Source: Saccostrea echinata (Eukaryota). From it: a stretch of 64,000 bases of DNA. Numbering within the stretch: position 1 is the stretch's first letter; every line of letters starts with the position of its first letter. Positions 36,501 to 50,030 of the stretch are shown in pieces. The notes under the pieces were generated by a model, which had not been told where the DNA came from, did not search any database, and saw only the letters and a program-made list of their open reading frames with translations. The DNA lies in the NCBI RefSeq assembly GCF_033153115.1, contig NW_026889791.1, forward strand, positions 1,302,001 to 1,366,000, read 5' to 3'. A program made the position numbers and the translations under genes.

Positions 36501-38039
36501 AATAGTAAAAGTTATTGGTCGTCACAATTTGTAAAGTACATTCTTTGATATAGAATGCAGGAAAAACTCTGAATGACCTGTTAATGTTATTATGAAATTT
36601 TAGAAAACATTTTGTCCTATATACTTTTTATGATCCAATGAAGCTTGAATTGTTATCTACGAATCTGAAAAAAATACAATGCCTATTGTACTTAAAATTC
36701 ATTTTAAAAAGTAAGATGAATTAAAAAAAAGGAATTCACTTGGATTTCATCGATATTCTTGTCATTTGAATTCTCTTAAATGCAATCTCCTATTTTAGAA
36801 TTGAAGTGTTCATTTTTTACGTACTGATGTTCATTTTTCAATATTGTGTTTTGATGCTTATCCATTCAAAAATTTGCTTAGAGCGCTACAACTGACAGAT
36901 TAAAGCAGATTCCAAAGTTCTACATTAATATTAGTAATCAAATTCGGGATTTTTTTTTTAACTGATTCCTTTGTATTATTGATTTTACCTGAGCCAAACG
37001 TTTACAAAATCTCAAAAAAGAAGATGAAAGCCCAGTTTATAAGTACAAAGTTCATTGAAATATGTATAAACGCTTAAGGTAAGATACATTTCTTGTTCGT
37101 TACAGTATAAAAAGATTCAGTATATCGCTACATCCCTAATTCATTCCTTAATTAACATCAATTATATGTAAAGGTGAAACTACTTTTAGCAAACTTGTGG
37201 AGTTCAAAATGTGTTACTAAATAATGTCAGAGAGGAAAAGTACCTGTTTTGGATTCCAGTCTTTAGCAGAACATCAGCCTTATCTTAAATTTCACTGGGT
37301 GCCTTAGGTGTGGCGTTATCATTTAATTTAGGCATGAGAGTAAAATCAATGAATTAGAATGAAGGTTATTTTGATAAAACATATGTTTTGAGAGTCTTAT
37401 ATAAGCAACCTTGCTTTCATGCACCACTTAGATCATGTTAATGAGGATTTTGACTGAATTGCCATTGCGTTTGAAACCCTTCATCCACTGCATAAATTAA
37501 AAAAAAAGTTTTTGTTGAATTATGCTAATCTTTAATTTTTTTTCTGAAAGAAGTATTTATTTCTTTAATATTAAATGCTTAATGTCGAGGTATTGACGCT
37601 TATTAATTAAACTGTACAATCAGTTCAATTGCGGCAGTAAAAGTAAGGTGTATTATAAATACTCAATAGTTAAACTTATGACATAATGAAAAAAGATATC
37701 AATTAAAGCAATATTGAGGTAATAAATCAGATTTTTTAATTGACCACCTACTTAAATAGAACTTCAAAAGTACATAAGTGCACTCAATGACATTGGAAAT
37801 AAACGTATAGGTATTGAAATGTTCATTATGAATTTGAAATAGTCATTTAGAGAAGAAATATATTTCACATTTCCTGTATCAGTAAACTTTAAGTCAGCAA
37901 ATTCAGGCCGAGTCCTCACCTTTCGGACTCCATACATATAGTTGGCATCAGCTGAGGTTTACTTTTAAAGCAAAATTTATTGCTGGGACTTTTGAAACTA
38001 GTGAAATCTTATCAAACTTAATCTAGGAGATCCAAATTC

Positions 38040-38315
38040 GATTCTCCTTCGCAGCACCGAGTCAAACGTAAGATGTAAATATAGGTAGTGACTCTTCTTT
38101 CACCAAGCGCCAGATATTAATGTTAAAAGTCATGGTTTTTTTTTTTTCGGATGAGACCTTAACACACTTTGGGTATGCAATGGTACGATAACGAAGCCTC
38201 ACTGCTCAATGGTCCTGAGTGCCGAATATAGGTCTAAATTTGAAGCTTGTGACGTCTGTATGTAAGTGCAAAGTTCTCGAATGGGATATTGAACAACATA
38301 CAATTCATTCATTCA
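38040..38315 (+). mobile_element. Degenerate SINE copy
   Basis: GGATGAGACC..CCTCACTGCTCAATGG..GCCGAATATAGGTCTAAATTTG core shared with other copies. Confidence 0.55.
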
Positions 38316-38869
38316 TTAATAAAACTTAATCTTTTCAAAAAAAAAAATCGATGTTAAGAATTGTCACATGAAAATCTGGACATTGATTTCTGTAATTTTT
38401 GCATTATTATTTCAGTATGAGTAAGATGCCTAAAAATCAAGACAAGAATCATAGTTGTGAATTTATGATAATGGTATTAAAGTTTTCTGAATAATCCAAT
38501 GCCTAATCAAAACTGTTTTTTTTAATACTTGATTAACAATTTTATGTATTATTTGAATAAGATCATTTTTATATTCATGAAAAGCACAAAGTAAAATATA
38601 AAAAAAATCAATGTTGGAAAAATCTGAAAGGTGGCCAAACTTTCTTTTGATGTGAAATCATAATTTTTTTATCGACACAATTTCTTCTAAGAAATTGAAA
38701 GGAATTTCTATCTACTTCCTCGAATAAACGATTCCTTGAAATCATGATCGCTATGCACATGCATATATGCATATTTAAAGTCAGGAGTGTCATGATTTTT
38801 TCTATAGAATAGTATCACAGAAAACAAAATACGACAAAACATAACAAGAGGTACGATTAATTGAGAAGA

Positions 38870-39330
38870 ACACATTTAAATATTTTCCCAATGTATTCCT
38901 ATGTAAAACTTTGATCAGTAATTAATGCCCCCTCTCACTCCCCCATCCCGGGGTCATCATTTGAATAAAATTGAAACCACACTACCAGACTATGGTTCGT
39001 ATAAATCTGACTAAATATTGATCCGCTGCTCTTAAGAGAAAAAAATTAAAGATTCTTCCTAAATATGCCTATGTAAAAAAATTATTTCCCATTGTGACCC
39101 CGTCCTACCCCGGGGTAGAAAAAAGTGCGGATAACGAACAATGATCGATCTAAAAAAATCCGTAAACAATACAAATCTGTAAAAAGGACATACAACACGG
39201 ACCCCCAGAAACTCCAGAAGTGGTATCAGGTGACGAGGAGTAGGCATCTTAGGTCACAAAATGTTGAATCTACAATACGTAATAGAGCTTTAATATAAAT
39301 TACATTTTTTAATGATCTTACAAGGAATTT
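38870..39330 (+). repeat. Degenerate Cg170/HindIII-like oyster satellite monomers interrupted by a Penelope-like fragment (39119-39248)
   Basis: CCTATGTAAAA, CCCCGGGGTCATCATTTGAATAAAATTGAA and TTGAATCTACA motifs resemble the ~166-bp Crassostrea satellite (recalled consensus, not aligned). Confidence 0.55.
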
Positions 39331-40427
39331 TTTGTTGTTTATATGCAAAAACCTGCATGAACAACACTAGCATAGACATTTCATGACATTTGAAGCTATA
39401 TTAAAACATCATCGACAAGTCTTTAACCCCAGTTTTTCATCGAAGATGTTTTCTAATGGGAAAACAAACGCATAAACATTGTTATTTCAATCTTATCATA
39501 AAGTATGTGTTTCCATGGTTTTTGTAACGTGACAAACTGCATCAGAATAATGAGGTGTAACTTTCACAGCTGTTGATTTAGATTACCGGGAACTAATGCC
39601 GATCAAAAGACTGAAATACACATCGCCCTTGTGATGTCACTAAAGGAAATTAGCGCGAATGCCATTACTGATTAGCAGATATATATAACTCCAACATGGA
39701 GACGTTTCAAACCCTTCTTCCTGTGACACGGTCTTATCGACACATGACACATGTTTTGTTATATAATTAAAATTAATTAAAAAGCAATTAAAATGGATCG
39801 CTGACGTCTTCAACGCTAAAACTTTTTTTCTCTATTATAGGTTTGATGGCGGTTTCGCGGTCCATATGGATGAGTTTATATAAGAATTAAGGTAATTGTC
39901 TTGACAATGCTTGACATTGATTTAAGGAAAATCATTAAACCATGATAGATAAAGGGTTTTTTTTATTCAATTTAATAACGTTTTTTACAGGTGCATTCTT
40001 TTCTTGATTTTTGACACGGGCCATTAAAGTACACGAATGTTTATTACACTGATCGTTTTATATATCACAAGTCATATTTTATAACATTTTGAATGCTATG
40101 TGGATGATTCAAACTTCTGAAACTGCAACATAAAGACAAAAAAGAAAACTGATATCTCGTTATTTTCGCAATATTTTTGTACGAGTATACTGAAATATTT
40201 TATACTTTTAAGGGATGTGTAAGGGATGTCTAGATATTTTCTGATACGATGGTTAGCTGCACCTACCAACCAAAAAATTATCTTCTCCAAAGCATTTTAT
40301 AAATTTCCTTAGATAGATATTTGCAAAATAATATCAACTTATGATCATGAGATTGCATGATTTTAAACAAAAAGTGCAATCGTTCTATTCTAAGTATTGA
40401 CATATTCTCTGAACACATTAGTTTTCT

Positions 40428-40728
40428 TTTTTGTTTGTCTCTTTATTGTTTAACGTCCCTCTCGAGAATTTTTCACTCATGTGGAGATGCCACTACTTGC
40501 CGGTGGAGAGCTACAAATTTTGACCTATACTCGGCACTCAGGGCCTTGAGCAGTGAGGAATCTTTTTCGTGCTAGCACCTACTGCGACACGGGACCTCGG
40601 TTTATACGATCTCATCCAAAGGACCGGTCTCCACGTCCCACAGTGGGATTCGAACCTGCGACGTAAGGATCAACTCTTTACTCCACGACCTAGAGTGAAC
40701 GTTCTAACCACTGCAACACGCTGGTGAC
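40428..40728 (-). mobile_element. tRNA-derived SINE
   Basis: Reverse complement of the 22719 family; GGATTCGAACC B box. Confidence 0.85.
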
Positions 40729-41149
40729 TATTAGATTTCTTTGCTTTGTCTGCAAAGCCAGTTAAACCTAGCTGTAACTTTTTCGTCGTCTGTATTTCCA
40801 TCTCTTAGGTTTGTTCAGTGCCGCGAGAGTAGGGTTATATTCATACACACGCATTGCTTGTAACAAAACATTTTCGAAGATTCCATCCAAGCTTTTAAAT
40901 ATTTGCATGTTTATTGTTTGTCACATGACCTTATGTAATAAACTGGGTTAAAGTTTAAATCTGTCCGATGATCTATTTTAAAAATTCAATGAAATGTGTA
41001 AATAAAAAAGCGTAATTATTCTCAAAAGTTAAATTAAAAATCATATATAGGCCTAAGAAGGCCAAAAAAGACAATTGTTTGGTTTGAGGGTTAGACAAAA
41101 TGCATTCTGTCCTAGAACAGAGTTCCTAAAATGTAACTTACGCTGCGCA

Positions 41150-41960
41150 AGCCATTTGTAAAGGTATACAAATACAAATTGAAATCAGAGCATTCAAAGA
41201 CTTCTGAAAACATCAAAAATTGGAACAAGTGCCACGGAGGAGTAATAATTCACTGTCGACCAGTAACACCCGCCGTGGGACTGGTTATCTTTATTAAGAT
41301 TTATTTAGTTAATAATAAAATTATTATCTTCATCGGGTTAGCATAATAATACGACGACAATTTATATTACAAATATCAGACAACAATCAACCTAACAATA
41401 GTTTGTAATTGCAAACAAGATCAATGTATCCAATATAGAATTTGCAAAATGTTAACTCTAAAGATTGTTGATACCCTTATAACATTAACATATTTTCAGG
41501 AGCCTGTCTTGGTTTAGAAATAGTTCCCACGCGTACACAGAACATGCTCTTACCTATCGAATCAATTGGGAGACATACACACCATTGCAAGTGATAAATG
41601 CTTCCTTTTACATTGACGATATCCATGCATTTTTGGAGTCCAGGTCTTCCAACAATCTTTGGAAATCCCATGGGTATAATTGTGCCCCGTTATTAGTAAA
41701 TCTGTTGTTGAATTCAGATGAAGCAGAATTTATTCAATGACCTCTATTGAAAAGAAGTCTCCTGTTGTGGCTTTCGATTCGACATTTAGATCTATCAATT
41801 TCACGTTTTATCAATTCCTTTTGATTTGATGTATCTTATTAAACTCAAATTAGAGACACAACAGAGCCTGGAACAGTTGCTTCACATTTTGATGTTTTAC
41901 TGTAGAAAGAAAATGCAACTTGAATTTTTGATGAAAGTGATGACTTCAACTTCTCAATTT
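41150..41960. mobile_element. Degenerate Penelope-like retroelement RT remnant with internal inversion
   Basis: Plus strand ~41630-41960 gives QVFQQS.(G)IPMG..CAPLL..L.L.S.EAEFIQ, KKS..VAFDSTFR, DTTE and DDFNFSI with frameshifts. Minus strand ~41150-41620 gives GVYVSQLIR*VRACS followed by the 3' end repeat. Confidence 0.8.
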
Positions 41961-44157
41961 ATTTAGAAGAACAAATCCTTAAGATTCAATGCCATATAAA
42001 ACCCGATATGTGTAATAGATGCTTAGAAAAATAAATTTATATTAGTTATTTAGTATATTTTTCATTGAATTCTGTATAATTGCACGACTTATTTATTAAT
42101 TAATGTACGTAGTAGAATTTATATGCACTGTGTTACACAGATAAATATAAGTCAAGTTATTTGTTATCGGTGCATCAACCTTATTATTAATGTTTGAGAT
42201 CGACCTTCGCGGGTACGTTAAGGCAGTACACAGATCATATTTCGGCGAATTTAGACTTTTTTCGTAAAATGTAACATTGATAAATCGGAAAAGCCATAGA
42301 TAAAACATTTACTATTATTATCCATTGTATAGACGTCATTGAGTCTTAGGCTAAAAGAAGCACTCCACTACGACGTCATCACGTGACGTCTATAAATAGA
42401 AAAATTGCCTTAATGAAAAAGTGAAAAGTTCAACACTACCCCGGGGATAATTCATTTCTTTTTGTGAAAATAATTATGTAAAAACATCACTGGACCATGA
42501 AAAGTGCTGCTAGAATCCTACTCTCCAAACACAGAAAAAAATATTCCAAAGTTTTGAATGAAACCTTACCAAAATTTTTACATTTTATACATACGATCAA
42601 GGAATTGTCATCAATTTATGTTAACCACACGATTCTTGCAGCACTTTCCAAGTACTATAGAATACAAGTTTTCAATACAAACAAAAATTATGTTTCAGAG
42701 TATGCGGCGTAGTGTTGAACTTTTGCATCTTTGTTGTTATAGAGCGACAGAGGAAAGGCTCATCGGGATTTCAAAGCACTGCATGTGTTCATTACAAGAA
42801 AACATAATAAGAATATATCAGCGTACCTGATTCATAATCTTTAATTCCTTATGAATCACACAAAACATCCACCGTATATCCTTTAAAACTCCCATTTCAT
42901 ATATTTGTTTACATGAATTCTCGTCACGTTTCATTTTCACTCGGCAAATATTTGATCAATAGTTATGACGTCATGGGTTTGGTATTTAACCCCCGTGATA
43001 AATACTTAGCTATTTATTCCACCCAAAAACGACAAGATTTAGTTTATATTATGTTTTTGAATTATTCCATTCATTTCTTGGACCTGAAATCAAACTTTAG
43101 ATATAGATATCAAGAAATCATTATTTGTAAAGATCACGTCATACAGCTTACTATGACGTCATATTGTAAAGGCAAGTGGGATATCTCTGGATGTAGCCTT
43201 AACATACCCGCGTTTGTACTTACCTATTTTATTTTTTTTTATTTTTTTTTTATTTATTTATTTATTTATTCATTTATTTATTAAGTACTTTGAACTTATC
43301 TATTGTTATTAGCAGTTAAGGTCACTTTTAACTTTCCATCGAAATAAATACCAGAGAAAATAATGGAGAAAAGATTTTCATCTTTTTTTCCCTTTTATCT
43401 GTAACTTTAATTTCTTAAATGACTTTACTTTGATTTCCATATACATATATATACATGTATACCTGAACTCATATGCAACTTTTTGTTGGGTTTTCGTCCG
43501 TAAAAGGCATAATAATATAAAATATGGTCTCAAGAAGAAAGGCAACTTTTATAGATATCATACAAATCATATATTCAGGAATTTATCGAAATAAATTCCT
43601 TAAATTTTTTCCATAGCAGTCATCTAGAATTAGTAGGTAATTCGAAATGACAGTTTGTAACTATTTTTAACTATATGAAATATAGTTGTGCCCAGGAGAG
43701 AAAAGAAAAAGTTCACTTTAATTTGACACTGTTCAAAAAGGATGCAATTGCACTTTTTCTATACAACTGATGAATTTATGCAGAAAAGTTATTATTGTAA
43801 TGAAAGAAGAAAAAAAAGGCAATTGGGTTTGAAATTTCTGCCTGGTTTCTAGGTTGAATGTACTTTTCAATTGTAACATATATACTACTAATGTTTTACT
43901 TAAATAAGGTAATATATGCTAAGCAATCCGTCTACTTTAAAATGTAAGACATTGCCAACTCTAAGAGAAGTTTCAAAAATATTGATTGATAGTTATTCAT
44001 GAAATTTAATTATTTTTTAAGATCATGGTAAATAGTATATATTTCAGCAATACATTAATTTCCATTGATCTGAACATCAGTATTATGGGTACTCCGAAAG
44101 GTTGAATATTCAGGTGAAAAGATAGAGGGAAATGTTTTTAGATATTAACCTACATAA

Positions 44158-44560
44158 CATGAAATATGAAGATAACGAGAAATCTTGCTTAATAGTTCAG
44201 TAAAGCTATGCAAATTGTGAGCACAGCAAAAATGAACCTCCGAAAAACTGATGTAAGATCAGGTGCCATGTAGGAGTGAGTATCCCCTGTTGACTAGTTA
44301 CAACCACCGTTTCTCTTAGAAAAAAAAACTATAGTAAAATATAGGGTACTATAATTTAACAAAATTTTAGAATTATTAGTATAATAAATCATGGTTTTCA
44401 CTACAGTAAATCAAGGTACTAAGGTTCTAAACATCGATAAAACTTCTAAAGTTAAGTTTATTAGGGGTGCCCGTTGTCATGATCGGGTAGGCGAAAAAAA
44501 TCAGTAGGCAATTCAACGTGAAAATACTGGTCTAACAATTTGTATGAAAGACTTCAGTCA
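44158..44560 (-). mobile_element. Penelope-like 3' end split by a ~150-bp insertion
   Basis: GATCAGGTGCCATGTAGGAGTGAG (to ~44310) resumes as GTGCCCGTTGTCATGATCGGG at ~44467. Confidence 0.6.
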
Positions 44561-44944
44561 TTATAACATACTAGCTTAACTTTTTACAATTTCTTTTGAT
44601 AAATGAAATTTATATTGAAATATAAAACGAAATAAAGTTTTCCAGTTGTATTTTTTTCATAGGTTTATTTAGTGACCAAATAACTATTCTTAAATGAAGC
44701 ACTGATACTAAAGGGAATAATTTTGTTATATTGTTTAAAGATATTATGCAGTGTATATTAATGTTTATTATACGTTACATATCCTTAACTCTACGATTTC
44801 TCATAAAAAGATATTTGATAAAACCCATATAGTGTAAAATATGTATGTTCAAAATCTTAAAGGTCAACAGTTATGCCTATATTTACATTATAATTTTTCT
44901 CCTTTTTTTAATTAAAAAAATTGATAGATATTAGAAAATGCGTT

Positions 44945-44979
<35 letters not shown>

Positions 44980-46651
44980 TAAAGAGCTAGGTTCACTTTA
45001 TGCATAAAATGGCCCTGTCCTTATATCAATCAATTGACTATCACCCTCTGTCCCATTTCATATATCAAAATAGAGTAGAGACTTAGTGCTTTCATTTCCT
45101 ACAACAAAATATCTTTTTGAGAATCCAGGTATTGGAAAACAGGCTTTGAGAAAATGCAATGTTCTTGAATTTTGCAGAAAACATGCGTATTTGACAACCT
45201 TCAGCAAAGAATTAAAATATGAGCACAGTCCATGATCCAAAAATCAAAACATGTTTTGTGATCTTCAGAAACAGATCTTTCATTATGTAATTGCATATTT
45301 TGGATCAGAGGTTGTGCTCTATATGAAATATTGAAACAATACCTCAACTTTTGGCCATTGTAAGGGAATTTACAGGATATGGGAAAAATGACGCATTTTA
45401 TGACGTCATAATACATTGACTAAAGAGAAAATTACGTCATGTTCAATAGGTACACGGTCACCAAGGGTCCAAGTTATAAAAACTGCATTTTCAACCAGAA
45501 CTGGGCAGTTTCGATTTCTCAGAAATTCTCAGGGCCAAAAAAGGCCCTAAGTGGCTCTTGCTCTTTGAGATATAAAATGTAGTCCTCTTATTTTGAAATG
45601 GGTTATTTTCAATTAAAAGAAAACAGCAGAATTCTTTTTCTTTGGAAGAGGAATCTTAAGCTACACCCCCCTCCCACCAACACCACCACTATCAACCCAC
45701 AACCAACACCCTGGATTAGCGAATAGGCATTTTTATGTGAAATACGCCATTCCAAACCTTTTAGTGTCACTCTTGAAATATTCTAGGCGGTACATTGCTA
45801 ATGGTTATATCATTTACACTTGTAGCTTTTGACATATGTTATCAAGAACATTAAGATTTCATAACTTCTTTCTTCTAACAGTATGAAGTAAATGCTCAAA
45901 TTCTTAAGGGAAAATGCCAAAATAAGAGTATGACACGATATTTAAAAAAGAAAACTTAGAATTAAAGAATCACGTTAAATTATTGCACAGATCGGAAAGA
46001 AATTTGATTCAGTAAAAAAACATAATGATGTCTTACACAAAAAAAATTACAAACCATCCTTGTTGTTTTCAATGAATGAAATCGTTAATGAATAACATTG
46101 TATTAAAACGAAAGGTACTTCATCATTATTACGGATTGGCAGACATTACATTGCACTATTTTGTGTGTAGGCACATCTAATCCATTATCTAAACTGGTGT
46201 GAAAAGTCGCCATTTTTCCATAAATAGAATCCAACCAGTTTGACCGCCAAAGCAATTTACATATATATCTGCTTCTCTTTCTTTCACAAAACACATGTAT
46301 GTCATTTGATTGATAAGATGAGACAGGTAATAATGATAAATAATAATAATCATGATAAATGTCTTGACAAGAGATAAGTCGCGTCATGGCTATTCTAATT
46401 AGAAATAATGATTTTGGCAGATATTATGAAAGAGAGCCTTGTTTTTGGGTTTCCTAACTTAATTTATTGTAAACAATGGTATTTTTGACAATGCACTATT
46501 CTTTACAATATCTTCAGTGGATAAAATTAAAATGGATAAAGGATTTTTTTAAATAAATTTCTGTGTTAGAGCCATATTTGACTGAAATTTAATTTCACAA
46601 GTTATATAAGAAACACTCCATACCATTCACTAAGCTTGTTTATTATTTATT

Positions 46652-46880
46652 TGTTAGTTTTACTTAACGTCCCTTTGAGATTTCTCACTAATATTGAGAC
46701 TACACCACTTGCCGGTGGAGGGCTGAAAATTTAGACCTGTACTCGGCACTTACGGCCTTTGAGCAGTTAGGGATCTTTTTCGTGCCAGCACTTACTGCGA
46801 CAAGGGACCTCGGTTTATACGGTCTCATCCGAAGAACCGGTCTTCACTTCCAGCAGTGGGATTCAAATCCGTGGCCTATT
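46652..46880 (-). mobile_element. tRNA-derived SINE
   Basis: Same core as 40428 and 62824. Confidence 0.8.
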
Positions 46881-48051
46881 TATCAACTCCTTACTCCCTA
46901 CGCGTGTTTGTTTTCATCCCTGGCTGAGGACGTTTTGGTCATGTATACATGTATCACATACATACCGAACATCTGGAGCTCTAAAAGTTTTAAGACTTGC
47001 TATACTATTTATTGTTAACAGGTAAAGAGAATTTCCCTTCAAATTTGTGTAATACAGTTGACTAATTATGCTAATTATAAATGCCAACAATCAGAGATTG
47101 AAGAGAGATACTATGAACTTAATTAAAGTCAGAATATATTTATAATTGCATATGATTTACGATGCAGCAATAAAACCATTAATAAATTGTTCTGCAGTAA
47201 ATGTTTCTTAGGGTTAAAATAACAGCAGTTTAGATCAGGGACAAGCTATTTACATGAACATCTCTAAACGTTTTATGGTCAGCTATTTATATGAACATCT
47301 CTAAACGTTTAAACCATGAAAAACTCTGTGTTATTTTTTATCTTATTATAAACTTCAGTCATTGACTTGCATAGCTATCAATGTGTCAATTTATATTTTG
47401 TGTTAGAGATCCATAAAAGAAACATTTTTTTTAAATGGATCGAAATTAAGTATTACTGTCACGGCTGCACTACCAATGGAAAACTTGCTAATTATTTCTT
47501 ATAAGAGAAATATCTTTTTAAAAAAACAAAATGCATTTATAGAAAGCAAAATGAAAAAAAAAACATACAAATTTGCATACTTTGTTTTTGCAAATATGTG
47601 ATTTGAAATAATAACGAATAATATAAAAGGGAACGTATAGGTAATCATCTTAAGTTTAAAATGTAATGTAACTTTTTACATCTAGCTACACTGTATACAT
47701 AGTGATATTTGTTTTGAATGCTACCATTACGATCATGGTCATTCTTCCTTTTTATTTATCGTCATCCATAGCTAATTAAAGGTTTTTTTCACCTTCTTGA
47801 ATTCTAGCTGTTCCATTTTTATATACAGAAAGAGGTTATGGTATATTGTAAGTAAGTAGATCTAAATCAAAGAAAACTCAGACTTAGGAATTTCGAACTG
47901 AGTAGTAAACACGATTAAAGGCTTGTTAATCGCATTGGAGTCCTTCTCATTAACTGTCGAATGAACGATATTTATTTCACATTTACTTAATTAGCTTTAT
48001 TCCACTTTGCGTTAATTTAATGTGTAAAATCTGATGAAAACTTGCTTGAAT

Positions 48052-48295
48052 AGATTGATTGATTGTATTTTGCTTAACGTCCCAATTTGAGAATTCTTTC
48101 ACTCACTTAGAGATGACACCATGTATCGGTGAAGGGCTTTAAATTTAGATCTGTTCTCGGCACTCAGGGTCATTGAGTAGTGAAGGTTCTTTATCGTGTC
48201 AACGCCTACCGTGACACGGGACCTCGGTTTTTAAGGTCTCATCAGAAAAACACGTCACTTCCACTTCTAATGCAGGGCGCTTGGCGAAGGAATGC
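48052..48295 (-). mobile_element. SINE, second subfamily
   Basis: Shared core plus extra GCGCTTGGCGAAGGAA segment; (GATT)n tail. Confidence 0.75.
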
Positions 48296-48324
48296 TTGAA
48301 TAGAGTATGAATAATTTAATATTT

Positions 48325-48327
<3 letters not shown>

Positions 48328-48378
<51 letters not shown>
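48328..48378. repeat. (CT)n microsatellite
   Basis: Directly visible. Confidence 0.95.
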
Positions 48379-48381
<3 letters not shown>

Positions 48382-49520
48382 GAAGTGCAAGTTTTTATTA
48401 CCCTTAATTAGTACTGCTAAAGTTAGCACATTAGCACCTATCATATTTTAGCGTCTTTCACTCTGCTTCATGTCCGCAATTTTATGTTTACGGTAATACG
48501 TGATTTAAATTAATACATGTCGTTTTCAAGACTCAAATGCGCTAACTTATGATTGTGCTGATCAGCTGAAGAGGAGGATTACTCTAAATTTTCCTAAATT
48601 TAAACCTAAGTTTAAATTTAAATAAAGGAGTGCGCTAATTTATTTTTAGTATCACAAATATTTATTGTTATTCCTCTGTAGACTCAAATGTAAGTGCCTA
48701 ACCCTCGAGTTAAAATTTTATGACTTGTTGGTGAACACTATATTAAATTTTCATGATTGGCAATGACATTGTTGTTTGTCGATTATAGATTCATTAAACT
48801 AAATATGTCAATAATAATGCTAACTTCGAGTATAATGAATAATTTGAATCAGCTTTCCTTCTTCTATACATGAGTATCTGACACGAACATTCAGAATTAC
48901 TACGATGAAGACCTCGTTTATGAAGTAAAAATTGCTATCAAAATGCAATGAAAAAGATATGAATTTATCATTTTTTTGTTTTAAGATTAAAAAACAGTAA
49001 AAAGTTATAATTTATGGGTGTTGACATTTTAATATTAACAATACATAATGATTCAGCCATCAAAGCGGAAATAAAACGTACGTTATTTAATTTTTCAAAG
49101 TTTAGTGATGGCACAGGTGTTGCATAATAATAATTTTTCAATCACAACCTTGTTCTACGAGTGACCTGTCAACTTGTGTGTTACCGAGGAAATTGCCATA
49201 TCTCGTTTGATTTACTGATGCTGTGGTGAGAATATAGTTAATATGGAATCGTGTTTACTACAACACTAAGGAAAATTTCCAGGACGTACTTGCGTCTTGA
49301 TCCTTTGAAAAGATATTTTATTAATTCCTAAATTTTGATAAATTGTGCATATGAAAGAAAAGAGTCCTATTTAACATTTAAATATTGGATATTTTGAAGA
49401 GAAAGCAAATTGTTTGAAAATAACTAAAAATAGCTTTTATTATAATCAGTGCATAATCATTGAAAAAATAAATCCTTTTCCAGACTCGAATTTCAACTTT
49501 TCACGGGTTCTTTGGAGAAA

Positions 49521-50030
49521 GAAATATCAAGATAACGATCAGTTATCAAACTCAAAAGTCCATTTAAATAATCAAAATTGTAGGCAGAACCAACAAGGAC
49601 ATCTAAAAAGATCAGACGTGGGATCATCTGCCTTGGAGGAGTGAGCATCCCTTGTCGATTAGTCACATCTGCTGTGTGCTCCTTGTCAGGATCGAGTTAA
49701 CAGAAAATCTGTAGACAATTCCGTGTGAAAATAATGCCTAATAATTTGTATGATATACATCAATATTCGACTTAACGATAGACTGTATTTGCTTACAAGG
49801 TCATTGTATGACCATAGAATTTGCAACAAGTTGACTTTAACCGTGACTTTTATCATCAATTAATTTGTCAAAAGCTTGGTTCGTTTTAGAAATTGTTCTT
49901 AATTGGAACATGCTCTTGCATTAAGAATCAAATGGGAGACATTAAAAGCATACGCAGGTGGTAATTTTATAACATAAATAAAGGGAGCTGACAATAGGAA
50001 AGTCATCACGTTTATCATAAAGGTTGGAGA
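49521..50030 (-). mobile_element. 5'-truncated Penelope-like element (RT C-terminus + 3' end)
   Basis: Minus strand reads LYDKRDDFPIV and PAYAFNVSHLILNARACS, then the shared 3' end. Confidence 0.8.

Noticed and set aside
42217-43202. Possible TTAA-flanked MITE(s) rich in TGACGTCA (CRE) motifs; similar motifs at 45401 and 50764-50790
   Set aside because: Could not pair convincing TIRs by eye; the CRE clusters have no nearby gene and likely belong to repeats.
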